Virus record (IMG/VR): IMGVR_UViG_3300025000_000022
Location: 1-52,548 of that record
Origin: a virus
Lineage: Duplodnaviria; Caudoviricetes
Length of the DNA: 52,548 nt
Strand: one strand, 5' to 3'
The position numbers were made by a program, and so were the translations under genes. Each line of letters begins with the position of its first letter. The first letter of the stretch is position 1. This document shows positions 17,235 through 27,026 of this stretch, piece after piece. The notes beneath the pieces were generated by a model, which was not told the DNA's origin, searched no databases, and saw only the letters and a list, made by a program, of their open reading frames with translations.

Positions 17235-17594
17235 ATGGCTAAAGGTAAGAAAGAAAAAAAATCAAATGAGGATTTTACATTTAAAATAGAAGAAGTTTTA
17301 GGTGTTATTAAAGAAAGTAGTAAACATGATTGGTGTAAAGCTATTGCTAAAATATCATGGGGTGACAATCCCACAACATTAGATATTCGTAGTATTAATA
17401 TGGGGAATAATAGTATTGGTAAAGGTATAAGTTTATCAGATGATGAAGCAAATAATTTAATTGATATTTTATTAAACTGTGATTATGGTTCAATTGAAAC
17501 TTTAGAAAAAGTTATTAATAAAAAAAGAAAAAGATTTACTGTATCAGATAATTTGAAATTTAAAGGTGGTTTAACAATTAATATAAAGGTGTGA
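17235..17594 (+). CDS. PC4/YdbC-family ssDNA-binding protein
   Basis: FKIEEVLGVI..W.K....ISW....LDIR....GKGISLS.DE is the YdbC pattern. Confidence 0.8.
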   Translation: MAKGKKEKKSNEDFTFKIEEVLGVIKESSKHDWCKAIAKISWGDNPTTLDIRSINMGNNSIGKGISLSDDEANNLIDILLNCDYGSIETLEKVINKKRKRFTVSDNLKFKGGLTINIKV

Positions 17595-17601
17595 ATTAAT
17601 T

Positions 17602-18678
17602 ATGGAAATAATATTTAATTTATTCAAAATTAGGTTTAAGTTACTAGATGAATTACTTACTAAACATTGTAAAGAGATAACACCAGATTCTACAATAAAT
17701 TTATTTATAAATTTTGAACCAGTATTAAAAAAATTAGTAACCGCTAATATTGAGGATTATTTAAAAGTTAAAAAAGATGAACGTTCAATTGAATTAATGA
17801 GTAATATTTTAAATTTAGCATCACATTATAGGTCATTCTTTTCAAAGAATAAATTATATTCTAAAATATATATTTATTTGTCATATCCAATAGTAAAAAA
17901 TATATATAAAAATAGAATGATGAATGAAAATTATAGAAAGTGTTATGAAGATAAGTATGGTAATAATCCTAAAACTTTTACCTTATTTCAAACTTTATCT
18001 ACAATAATTCCTTTATTATCAGTAATAACTGAGTATATAGAAGGAGTTTATTTTATTAAAAGTAATAGTATTGAAAATTCATTAATACCTTATATAATAG
18101 CAGAAAAATATAAAGATAACTCAGTGAACTTAATTCTATCTAATGACAAATATGATTATCAATATGCTAGTAATAGTTTTTATATAATGAATCCAAAAAA
18201 ACAAGATAGTTATATTATAGGTAAAGACAATCTTATTGAAACAATAAAATATGAAGATAAAATAGTAAATAATATAAATATAGATCCAAATTTATATTCA
18301 TTTATTAAATCTATATTAGGTGATAAATATCGTAACATAGAAAAAATTAAAAACTTAGGATTATCTACCATTATAAAAACTTTAGATAAAGCTATTAAAC
18401 AAAAAATTATTAATAATAACACTGTTAGTATTAATATTCTTTCCAATATCATTAAAGAAGAATTTAGAAACCATTTATTAAATAATTATTATACAACTAA
18501 TTTAGATATACAGTTTAAATCTTTAACAATAAAAGATATGTATAGTATAACTGAACAAATTATTGATAAGTTTGATAATTTATCTTTAAAAAATTTAAAT
18601 GATAAATATTTTACTCAGTATCCAATTCAACTCTTAGAATTAACAAGTGGTATTAATTTATCTAAATTAAAAAGATAA
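17602..18678 (+). CDS. 5'-3' exonuclease / T4 RNase H (FEN)-like protein, possibly degenerate
   Basis: YRKCY, LILSNDKYDYQ and H3TH-like SILGDKYRNIEKIKNLG; the usual EADD motif reads ENSL. Confidence 0.6.
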   Translation: MEIIFNLFKIRFKLLDELLTKHCKEITPDSTINLFINFEPVLKKLVTANIEDYLKVKKDERSIELMSNILNLASHYRSFFSKNKLYSKIYIYLSYPIVKNIYKNRMMNENYRKCYEDKYGNNPKTFTLFQTLSTIIPLLSVITEYIEGVYFIKSNSIENSLIPYIIAEKYKDNSVNLILSNDKYDYQYASNSFYIMNPKKQDSYIIGKDNLIETIKYEDKIVNNINIDPNLYSFIKSILGDKYRNIEKIKNLGLSTIIKTLDKAIKQKIINNNTVSINILSNIIKEEFRNHLLNNYYTTNLDIQFKSLTIKDMYSITEQIIDKFDNLSLKNLNDKYFTQYPIQLLELTSGINLSKLKR

Positions 18679-18745
18679 TTTATTTATATATTATTAAAGT
18701 AGAAAAGATTATATTAAATTTATAATAAGAAGGGGTTGGAAAAGA

Positions 18746-19549
18746 GTGGGGGTTAATAAACTAGAGATAATTAGAATTTATAAAGAAGTTCTAGTAGGTA
18801 AAAAAAGAAAACAATTTCCAAAAAATTTTTGGCAAAATGATTTTGAAGAAAATAGAATTATTGGTGATATATTATTAAAGTTTCTATTTGAAGAAATTCT
18901 GGGTTGGTCTAAAGATGATATATGTGAAAAATTAAATAAAAATATATTTTTTGAATATAAACTTAATCAAGTTTATAAAATTATACATGAGAAATCAGTA
19001 TTTAATACAATTAATTCTGTTTATCCTGATAAATTCAAACCTTGGGATATATCTTGTGTTAAATCAGTGCCAATGAATTATTGGGGTAATGAAGAGAATG
19101 TAATTAACGCTATTAAGTGGTTGATTGAAAATAAATTAAAATGGACTGATGATGAAGTCATCAAGAATTTATCTTCGTCTGTATTTGACGATAATAAATT
19201 GTCAGGACTTTTGGATTTATTTAATGGTTCACCTTTTAAAGCTATAGATAAAGCTTATCCTAATAAATTTAAAATGTGGCAATTAAAATCAATTTGTAGA
19301 AATTATTGGGATGACGATAATAATATAAAGGATGCTATTTTATGGTTAATTGATAAGAAACTTGGAAGAAGTAATTCTAAACTAATTTTTATTTCAATGA
19401 ATGATTTTGTTAATAATGATTTATCATCTTTATTTAGATATAAGTTTAGATGTAGTAGTAAACTTTTATTAGAAAAACTTAAAGTATTAATCCCTGAAAA
19501 AACATTTATGTTTAAAAGGAATTTTAAATCTAGATATAATGTATCTTAA
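18746..19549 (+). CDS. DUF4046-like repeat protein
   Basis: YKEVL.GK..QFPKNFW and repeated YPxKFKxW...NYW...AIxWLI units. Confidence 0.65.
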   Translation: MGVNKLEIIRIYKEVLVGKKRKQFPKNFWQNDFEENRIIGDILLKFLFEEILGWSKDDICEKLNKNIFFEYKLNQVYKIIHEKSVFNTINSVYPDKFKPWDISCVKSVPMNYWGNEENVINAIKWLIENKLKWTDDEVIKNLSSSVFDDNKLSGLLDLFNGSPFKAIDKAYPNKFKMWQLKSICRNYWDDDNNIKDAILWLIDKKLGRSNSKLIFISMNDFVNNDLSSLFRYKFRCSSKLLLEKLKVLIPEKTFMFKRNFKSRYNVS

Positions 19550-19585
19550 TTTTTAATAATAAATAAATTAGGGGGATGCTAAACT

Positions 19586-19903
19586 ATGAAACAGTTAAGG
19601 GTCATTTCAGTTACTAATGTAACAGGTAAGTGTCCATCATCTGATAATCATAGTGATGTTGATTATGAAATTGAGTTTGTTGATTTACATGGAGAACACG
19701 TTACTATTTTATTACCAAAAAGATATTTTGAACCTCTTATGATTGATGGTATTATCATTGTAAAGGGTGATATGATGTATGAAAATGAATTGTATAGTTG
19801 TGAATTTGATGGTGTGATGGGTAGTGCATTCTGTTATTCCTTACAATGTGGTGAAAAGAATTTTAATTTATATTATAGTGAGAAGTTTGAAGAACTACAT
19901 TAA
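19586..19903 (+). CDS. Hypothetical protein
   Basis: AGGGGGA RBS; hairpin terminator 19913-19947 downstream. Confidence 0.75.
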   Translation: MKQLRVISVTNVTGKCPSSDNHSDVDYEIEFVDLHGEHVTILLPKRYFEPLMIDGIIIVKGDMMYENELYSCEFDGVMGSAFCYSLQCGEKNFNLYYSEKFEELH

Positions 19904-19991
19904 GAATATAGTAAATCAGAGATAACATTATCTCTGATTTATTTTTTATTTTCTTTTAAACTTTATTATAATAAATAAAAAGAGGTGATAA

Positions 19992-20519
19992 GTGATTATA
20001 GAATTTTTTAATTTTGATGTTAAACATGTTGACTTAGATTATATTATTGAAACGATTAATAATATAAATTCCGATTTAGTATTTGGTAAAGAAATAGATG
20101 CTCGTATTTGTTTAATAAATATAAAACACAAAAAAGTGTTTCATAATCATTTATGTTATGGTGAAACAAATTATACTCTTGTGGATCATGTTAATGGTTT
20201 TTGTACACCAAAACATGAGGAAATAATATTATTTATAAATGAAAATTTTGATACAAAAATTATTTTATGGGCATTATTTCATGAGTTGTCCCATCTTGCT
20301 ATTGATAATAGTAAAATACTTCATATGTATTTTTATTTTCTTCAAAATAAATTTATTAAAGAAAAATATAATATGACTTTCACGGAATATTATAACCATG
20401 TAGAATTTCATACAACTAAATATATACATGAAGAAAATCCTGAAGAAATATTTGCTAATAATGTTGCAGATATGATAATGGAAGAATATCTTGACTATAA
20501 AATGGATTGGGTGAAATAA
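19992..20519 (+). CDS. HExxH zinc metallopeptidase-like protein, paralogue 1
   Basis: LFHELSH and downstream HEENPEEIFAN. Confidence 0.72.
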   Translation: MIIEFFNFDVKHVDLDYIIETINNINSDLVFGKEIDARICLINIKHKKVFHNHLCYGETNYTLVDHVNGFCTPKHEEIILFINENFDTKIILWALFHELSHLAIDNSKILHMYFYFLQNKFIKEKYNMTFTEYYNHVEFHTTKYIHEENPEEIFANNVADMIMEEYLDYKMDWVK

Positions 20520-20523
20520 TAGT

Positions 20524-21084
20524 ATGATAAATTTTATGGATTTTAATGTTAAAGGTATTGATTTAAACCATATTAAAGAAGAGTTTAATAGGATTAATTC
20601 AGCTGAATTTTGGGGTATTGAGATAAATGTTAGTATTTATATCATTAATTCAAAGTATAAAAGATTTATTTATGAACGAGATATATTTTATAAAAATACT
20701 GAATATCCTGGTGATAATTCGTTTAGAGCTTTTTATCAACCAGTTACTAATGAAATATTTATATTTGTTGATAAATATGAAAATACCACTAGTTTAATAT
20801 GGTTAATAATACATGAATTAACACATCATGCCATTATAAATAATAAAATACTTTATCAATTTGCTATTTTTAAACTAGAGGAATGTCTTAAAGAAAAGTT
20901 TAATTTAACTCTTGAAGAATATTATAACAATAGTAAATTAAACACTCTTGATGATGTTCATGAAGAAAACCCTGAAAAAAAAATATGCAATGATGTGGCA
21001 AATACGTTGATGAAAGAATGTTATGATCTTAAATGGTGGAGACATCGTATTGAAAATAATAAAACTAGACATACTTTCTCATAA
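20524..21084 (+). CDS. HExxH zinc metallopeptidase-like protein, paralogue 2
   Basis: IIHELTH and HEENPEKKICN; aligns along its length with the previous ORF. Confidence 0.72.
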   Translation: MINFMDFNVKGIDLNHIKEEFNRINSAEFWGIEINVSIYIINSKYKRFIYERDIFYKNTEYPGDNSFRAFYQPVTNEIFIFVDKYENTTSLIWLIIHELTHHAIINNKILYQFAIFKLEECLKEKFNLTLEEYYNNSKLNTLDDVHEENPEKKICNDVANTLMKECYDLKWWRHRIENNKTRHTFS

Positions 21085-21126
21085 TAAACTAAGAGAGAAA
21101 TTAATTTCTCTCTTAGTTTATTTTTT
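21085..21126 (+). terminator. Intrinsic terminator
   Basis: TAAACTAAGAGAGAAAT-TA-ATTTCTCTCTTAGTTTA followed by a T-run. Confidence 0.8.
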
Positions 21127-21174
21127 CTTTTTAATACAAATTAATAAAGAAATTTTTTATAAGGAGGTTTTTTT

Positions 21175-22422
21175 TTGGCTATTAATATTCCTAATAATAT
21201 GAGAACATACAAATATACAGTTGATTCAATGGATATTTTATTTCCAGAGGAAGCTGAACCAACCAAAATAAGTCCTAATTTTATTACAGGTATTTTTTTA
21301 GAACATGATTTTGATAATGATTATTTTCCAGTATTTAAATTATCAGTTGCTATAGAACCAAAAATATATTTTAAAATTTTATCTAATAAATTAAAAATAA
21401 GATTTAGACTTAGAATGCAAAAATTTGCTTATGATGGAAATAAAGAATTTCAATTTAAAAAAGATATGGTTAATACAATTTTTTGTGTATATATAGATGA
21501 AAATACACCTTATTTTGATGAAAAAACTTATATTGAAAGTAAGAAGGTTGAAAGAACTGGACTAACTCCTAGAGATTTATCAAATGTTTATTCATTTTAT
21601 TTATTTAAAGAAAGTGATTTAGATAATTCTAAAAAAATAATAAATAATGTTATAACCAATAGTAATTTAACTGATACTATAACATATTTATTATCAACAT
21701 GTGGAATGAAAAATGTGTTAATGACACCATTGGATAATAAAAATGTTTATAAAGAAATATTGTTACCACCTTTAACCTTATTAAATAATTTACTTTATTT
21801 AAATGAGCAATATGGATTTTATAACAAAGGTGCTTTAATATTTTTTGATTTATTAATGATGTATATTATAGATTGTAATTCAAAATGTACTGCATTTGTA
21901 AAAGAAGAATATGTGCGAACCATATTTAATATTAAAGAATCAAATGACCCTAATAGTTTTACAACTGGTAGTTTTGTAATGGAAAAAGAGAAAGAAAATC
22001 ATGTAAATGTATTGTCTAATAATGTGAATATATATAGTGGTTCTGTTGTGGCAGATCAATTAATGGGTAATAATTTTATTATAATAGATCCGAAACAAGG
22101 TTCTGTTCAAAATATTAAACCAGAAACTGTTCAAAGAGGAGTCGGAACATACCAAGTATTAGTTAACAATTATGCAAATGAATATAGTAATAATGATGCA
22201 AAAACTAGAAAAATTGAAAACAATACAATTATAAATTTAAGTATATCAGATTTTAATATAGATGCAATAACACCAAATAAAGAATTTGTTTTTATATTTG
22301 ATAATACTAAAATTAACTCTTCATATAGTGGGTCATATAGATTAACTAAACGTATATTACAATTTAAATCAGAGGGTTCTGAATTTATTATGAGTGGTTT
22401 ATGTGAGTTTAAAAAGATATAA
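21175..22422 (+). CDS. Probable virion structural (tail/baseplate hub) protein
   Basis: TTG start with AAGGAGG RBS; late-like TACA-N6-TA motif; beta-rich; virion gene context. Confidence 0.55.
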   Translation: MAINIPNNMRTYKYTVDSMDILFPEEAEPTKISPNFITGIFLEHDFDNDYFPVFKLSVAIEPKIYFKILSNKLKIRFRLRMQKFAYDGNKEFQFKKDMVNTIFCVYIDENTPYFDEKTYIESKKVERTGLTPRDLSNVYSFYLFKESDLDNSKKIINNVITNSNLTDTITYLLSTCGMKNVLMTPLDNKNVYKEILLPPLTLLNNLLYLNEQYGFYNKGALIFFDLLMMYIIDCNSKCTAFVKEEYVRTIFNIKESNDPNSFTTGSFVMEKEKENHVNVLSNNVNIYSGSVVADQLMGNNFIIIDPKQGSVQNIKPETVQRGVGTYQVLVNNYANEYSNNDAKTRKIENNTIINLSISDFNIDAITPNKEFVFIFDNTKINSSYSGSYRLTKRILQFKSEGSEFIMSGLCEFKKI

Positions 22423-22453
22423 AGGTAGAGTTATTTCTCTACCTTTATATCTT
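22414..22453. terminator. Bidirectional terminator between convergent genes
   Basis: AAGATATAAAGGTAGAG / CTCTACCTTTATATCTT inverted repeat. Confidence 0.8.
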
Positions 22454-23543
22454 ATTTTTTTTCATCAGGATTATTATTAGTATCTTTTCCACCTTCAGCA
22501 ACAATACTTTTTAAAGCATTCAAATAAGCTCTGAACCTTTCTTCTAAAACTGTCATTGCAGAAGTTATAGACAGTTGAATAATTTGAACTATATTTTTAT
22601 ACATATTAAGTTGTGTGCTATTTAAATTAGAATATTTTTTATTTTCTTCTTGTGCATTAACATCTTCTTTATTATCTTTATTGACAACTGAAACTTCTGT
22701 TGGTTTAGTTGAAGCATCTCCAGGTTTTTTTTCATCTTTCTTTTTATTATCGTTCTGACTATCATCTGCTTCAAATACAACTTCAAAATTACTACAATGA
22801 ACTAAATCTGTATTACAGTATAATGTATTTTCAATTAAACAAAAGTCGGCAGACTCTTTTAACACCTTTTCAACTCGATTTAAAGATTGTTCTGCTTTAC
22901 TAATCCAAGCTTGCACTACAGGTAATATATCTTTACCATAGTTATAACAATAGTTTTTAAACTCTACAGCTTTAGATTTTAATTCAGCCCCTTCTAGTTC
23001 TTCTACTTTAATGGGACCTTTAGGATTATTGACTCTGAATTTATTTTTAAAACCTAAGGTTAAATCATTATCTTCATTTAAGTAATTTCTAAATAAATTA
23101 CTTTTCATATCTTCTATATCTTTAAATTTTTCTAAGTTTTTAGGATTATTTAATTCATTATTAGCTATTTCCTGAATTCTATTAACTACATTTTTAATTC
23201 TGTCAACACTCATTAACCAAAATGGCAACATACTTATTTTTAACTTATCATAATTAATTTTATCTAATTTATTAAAATTATCATCCATCCATTTTTTATT
23301 TGAATCAAAAAGTGTTTTAGTTTTTTCTGAAAACATTCCAAAGATACGTTTAAAGAAAGCCTTAATACTTTCCCATATCCCTTGATTTTTATTTGTGTTA
23401 TCATCAGCCTCTAATAGAATAAAATTATTATTTATAGAGTCATTAATAAACTTAGACTCTTCTTCCATTCGTTCCAATATTGTAGAAAAGAATTCTTTAT
23501 TAATTTCTAAATGAAAAATACTTGTCTCTAAACAATAATCCAT
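22452..23543 (-). CDS. Internal head protein-like paralogue 4
   Basis: LLEA site followed by amphipathic IWESIKAFFKRIFGMF; same layout as its three neighbours. Confidence 0.65.
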   Translation of the reverse strand: MDYCLETSIFHLEINKEFFSTILERMEEESKFINDSINNNFILLEADDNTNKNQGIWESIKAFFKRIFGMFSEKTKTLFDSNKKWMDDNFNKLDKINYDKLKISMLPFWLMSVDRIKNVVNRIQEIANNELNNPKNLEKFKDIEDMKSNLFRNYLNEDNDLTLGFKNKFRVNNPKGPIKVEELEGAELKSKAVEFKNYCYNYGKDILPVVQAWISKAEQSLNRVEKVLKESADFCLIENTLYCNTDLVHCSNFEVVFEADDSQNDNKKKDEKKPGDASTKPTEVSVVNKDNKEDVNAQEENKKYSNLNSTQLNMYKNIVQIIQLSITSAMTVLEERFRAYLNALKSIVAEGGKDTNNNPDEKK

Positions 23544-23566
23544 AATTGTTCACCCCCATAATAGTT

Positions 23567-24646
23567 TTAGTCATTATTAGTTGATTTATTAGAACCTTTA
23601 AAAGCACATTTTTTAATAATATCTCTGTAAAAAGATAGACACTCTTTTAATGCATTAACTTTTTCTATAGAAGCCATTGTACACATACTACCAACTTCTT
23701 TAGATTGAATAAATTTAAAACTAAAAAATGTGTTAAATAAATTTATTTTGCTTTCACTATAACTTTTTTCAACATTATCACCAACTTGAGCTTTATTACC
23801 ATTTCTATTTAATAATTTTGCACCAATAGTTTTATCTTTACCTTTATAATAAATTGAAGCACTTTTTTCAAAGAAAGATTTAATTTTTTCAATAACTGTA
23901 ATTATATTATCTCTTTCTTTAATAGAATCACTATATTGTTTTTTTAAAAATGGATAATCGGCTATAACTGTTGTTAAAAAAGATTTATTTACATCAATAT
24001 CAATTTTTTCATCATTATTATCTCTAAATATTTTTTTAACATCTTTAAGATATTCATCCGAATCAACTTCACCGGATATACCAATAATATTAGCTCTAAT
24101 TTTATTTAAATTAGAAGTAGCCATAAATTTTTCTCTTTCTTCTATAATTTTATCTTTTGTCATATTATCAATATCATTGAGTTCACTGTTATATGAGTTA
24201 ATAATGTTATCAATAATATCTAAATTAGGTATATTTGATTTAAAGGTATATTTAAAGCCCTTAATAGTAAATTTAGGATCTAATCCTCTTAAATGTTCTT
24301 TATACTTATCTAAAAATTTTTCAAAATCACCAAGATAGGCATAAATAATCATAAAGATTCTTTTCATAAATTCTTTAAATTTATCTAAAAGATTTTTAAA
24401 GAATGAAATAACTGAATGAATAAAATCACTAAAACTTTCTTGTAATATTTCCATATTATTATCCTTAATAGCAATATGGGTTGATTGTAAATGCTCTTTA
24501 TTAATATTAAAACTACTTTCTTCTAATGATAAAAAATATTCTAAGCAGTATAGACTTGTATCGAAATCTATGTTATCAGTTGTTAACAAATTTGTTGATG
24601 AAATATTAATTGAATTATTTTTATTAAAAATATTTTTTAAATTCAT
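23567..24646 (-). CDS. Internal head protein-like paralogue 3
   Basis: LQES followed by FIHSVISFFKNLLDKFKEF; late promoter at 24677-24688. Confidence 0.65.
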   Translation of the reverse strand: MNLKNIFNKNNSINISSTNLLTTDNIDFDTSLYCLEYFLSLEESSFNINKEHLQSTHIAIKDNNMEILQESFSDFIHSVISFFKNLLDKFKEFMKRIFMIIYAYLGDFEKFLDKYKEHLRGLDPKFTIKGFKYTFKSNIPNLDIIDNIINSYNSELNDIDNMTKDKIIEEREKFMATSNLNKIRANIIGISGEVDSDEYLKDVKKIFRDNNDEKIDIDVNKSFLTTVIADYPFLKKQYSDSIKERDNIITVIEKIKSFFEKSASIYYKGKDKTIGAKLLNRNGNKAQVGDNVEKSYSESKINLFNTFFSFKFIQSKEVGSMCTMASIEKVNALKECLSFYRDIIKKCAFKGSNKSTNND

Positions 24647-24745
24647 AGGTAAATTTCATCTCCTTTTTATTTTTCTTATTTATTTGTTTTTAAAGAAAAT
24701 ATAAAATACATTAGATGGATATCCATCTAATGTATTTATAATAAA

Positions 24746-25828
24746 TTAAACTAAACGCATAGCCGCTTCAAAGATATTTGTAGTTTCATCATCTTCATTG
24801 GTATTGTATTCAAGGTTTTCCTTAACTGGTTTAAATCTCAGGAAACCTTTTAAAGTAGATTCAAAATCACTGGCGGCTTCTTTTAAATATTCAACATGCA
24901 TTTTAATCAATGCTGAGCGAATAGATAAACAGAATCTTAACATCTCAACACTGTGAGAAATATATGGTGATACTTTGGAAAATTCTTCATCTTTATATTT
25001 ATTACCAGCTGCCTCAATAGCTTTAATAACCTTACTAAATTTTGAATCAACTTCTTTTTGTTCTCTTTCCATACCAGTTAGACTTTTTTCACTTTCTTTA
25101 ATGAATTTAATCATATCTTCTTTACTGTTATTATTGAAGTCCTCAAATTCATCTCTTTCTTTTGAACCATCTCTGTATTGCTCATATAGTTCTTCTTGTA
25201 ATTCAGAGATAGAATCAACATTCAAATTTTTAAATACAGCTTCTTTATCTTCATTTGTATCATATTCTTCTTTCATACTATCTTTTTTAGAATCCATTGC
25301 ATCTTTATGCTTAGAAGAAGTTTTTAGATCAGCAGATGTTAGTCCATTTTCATATTCATTTTCAACTCTACTAATTTCTGTTATTACCTTAGTACCAAAA
25401 GCGGCACCTTTACTTGCAGTATATTTAAAAGATTTGTACTTATACCCTTTAGCATTTTTTTTACGTAAATCACTCTCAAACTTGGTAATAAAAGTTTTTC
25501 CGGAAGAAAAAAACATAACTAAATGTTTTTTCATTTTTTCAAACCAGGCTTTAATTCCTTCCCACATTCTTACAAACATATCTTTTATTCTGGTAAAGAA
25601 TCCTTTACCAAATGCTTCAAGAAGAACGACCGGATCAGCTGATTCGAATAATACAGCTTGTTCCATCATTACATCAGAAATATACATGCTGGCACGAATT
25701 TTGTAAGAATCTTTAGCAGATTCAGTTACAATTTGTTCAAGTGCCTCTGTAGTCGGTTGAATGTGGTCATATTTTGAAATGTCAAAATCGTTATCTACAG
25801 AACTTCTCTTTTTTCCAAAAATAGACAT
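24746..25828 (-). CDS. Internal head protein-like paralogue 2
   Basis: VTES/LFES/LLEA sites then FFTRIKDMFVRMWEGIKAWF; shares SGKxFxxKxExxLR with paralogue 1. Confidence 0.68.
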   Translation of the reverse strand: MSIFGKKRSSVDNDFDISKYDHIQPTTEALEQIVTESAKDSYKIRASMYISDVMMEQAVLFESADPVVLLEAFGKGFFTRIKDMFVRMWEGIKAWFEKMKKHLVMFFSSGKTFITKFESDLRKKNAKGYKYKSFKYTASKGAAFGTKVITEISRVENEYENGLTSADLKTSSKHKDAMDSKKDSMKEEYDTNEDKEAVFKNLNVDSISELQEELYEQYRDGSKERDEFEDFNNNSKEDMIKFIKESEKSLTGMEREQKEVDSKFSKVIKAIEAAGNKYKDEEFSKVSPYISHSVEMLRFCLSIRSALIKMHVEYLKEAASDFESTLKGFLRFKPVKENLEYNTNEDDETTNIFEAAMRLV

Positions 25829-25887
25829 TTTATTATATCCCCCTTTGAATTTTTTAATCCAAATATATTTTAATTATTCATTAAATT

Positions 25888-26949
25888 TTATTTCGTTTCT
25901 TCTTTATATCTAAATGCACTTACACAAACTTGCTTATAAACAGATTCCCGTTCTGTTATAGCCTGTTTCCATGCACTGAAGTATTCAAGAGCAATGGTTT
26001 TAGCTTCACTGAACAAAGATGAATATTTTTGCATAATAGATATTTGTATGGAAGCAAGTTTCCTTTTATCTTCCGAAGAGTTTTTATCATCAACTGATTT
26101 ACCAAATTCTTTTTCATAGCCGGTGACTTCTTTTAAAACAGCCGTAAATGATTTTTCAGCAGATTTTTCAGAATCAGTCGCCATTTTAGAATATTTGTCA
26201 CTTTTTAAAGAAGTAATGATGTCGCCGATATTAACGGATTTTTCATCAATATCATCACTGTCTTTAGCACCACTTCTGAAATGTGAAAATAAATCTTTTT
26301 TAAAGTCATCACTATCCTTAGAACCACCACCAACAAAAGTCCCACGAACTTTATTGATAATTTCTTCTTTATTTTCTTCCATGTCATCAAGACATTTTTT
26401 AGCATCAGTTTCAGAAGAAAAATTCTTCAAGGCTCCGGTTTGGTCAACAATGTCCATTGCTACTTCGATACCGTTGGATACATGATTGTTACTATCCAGT
26501 TCGGTATAAGTGAACATTTTATGTTTATAGCCGGATAAATTAAGCCTTCTGAGTTCTTTTTCATATTTGGTTGCAAAGTCTTTACCGCTTTTGAACATTC
26601 CGTCAAAGAAACGAATAACAGAAGCAAAAAATTGTTTTAGTTTACCCCACATTTTACTGAAGAAAGCCTTAATTCTTTCCCAAACATTACTCATGGCACC
26701 TTCAGTTACAGTTTGAAAATCTTTCATGCGTGCCTCAATTTTAAAATCATCCGCACCGGATTCACGTAAAGATTTAACATCACTTTCCATATTGAGTTCT
26801 TCAATATCCATCGTATGAATAGACTCAATAATAGCCAGTTGATCTTCATAACCTTCTTGAATTGCGGTTAAATCACCATTAACCAAACAATTGTATCCAT
26901 TATATGAAGGTACAGCGGTTCCTTTTCCGGTTCTATTAAAAATAGCCAT
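25888..26949 (-). CDS. Internal head protein-like paralogue 1
   Basis: LRES/VTEG then VWERIKAFFSKMWGKLKQFF; late promoter at 26986-26997. Confidence 0.68.
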   Translation of the reverse strand: MAIFNRTGKGTAVPSYNGYNCLVNGDLTAIQEGYEDQLAIIESIHTMDIEELNMESDVKSLRESGADDFKIEARMKDFQTVTEGAMSNVWERIKAFFSKMWGKLKQFFASVIRFFDGMFKSGKDFATKYEKELRRLNLSGYKHKMFTYTELDSNNHVSNGIEVAMDIVDQTGALKNFSSETDAKKCLDDMEENKEEIINKVRGTFVGGGSKDSDDFKKDLFSHFRSGAKDSDDIDEKSVNIGDIITSLKSDKYSKMATDSEKSAEKSFTAVLKEVTGYEKEFGKSVDDKNSSEDKRKLASIQISIMQKYSSLFSEAKTIALEYFSAWKQAITERESVYKQVCVSAFRYKEETK

Positions 26950-27026
26950 AATCTTATTTTACCACCTTTCAGTATTAGGATTTTTTATAAATATGTTTAT
27001 ATTGTCAATTTAATAATGTTATTTTT

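Noticed and set aside
24975-25706. 243-aa plus-strand ORF and other antisense ORFs (2988, 26123, 34382, 36798, 38270, 40190-41344, 45782, 48998)
   Set aside because: They are Ser/Leu/Phe-rich shadows of Lys/Glu-rich genes on the other strand and lack RBSs.
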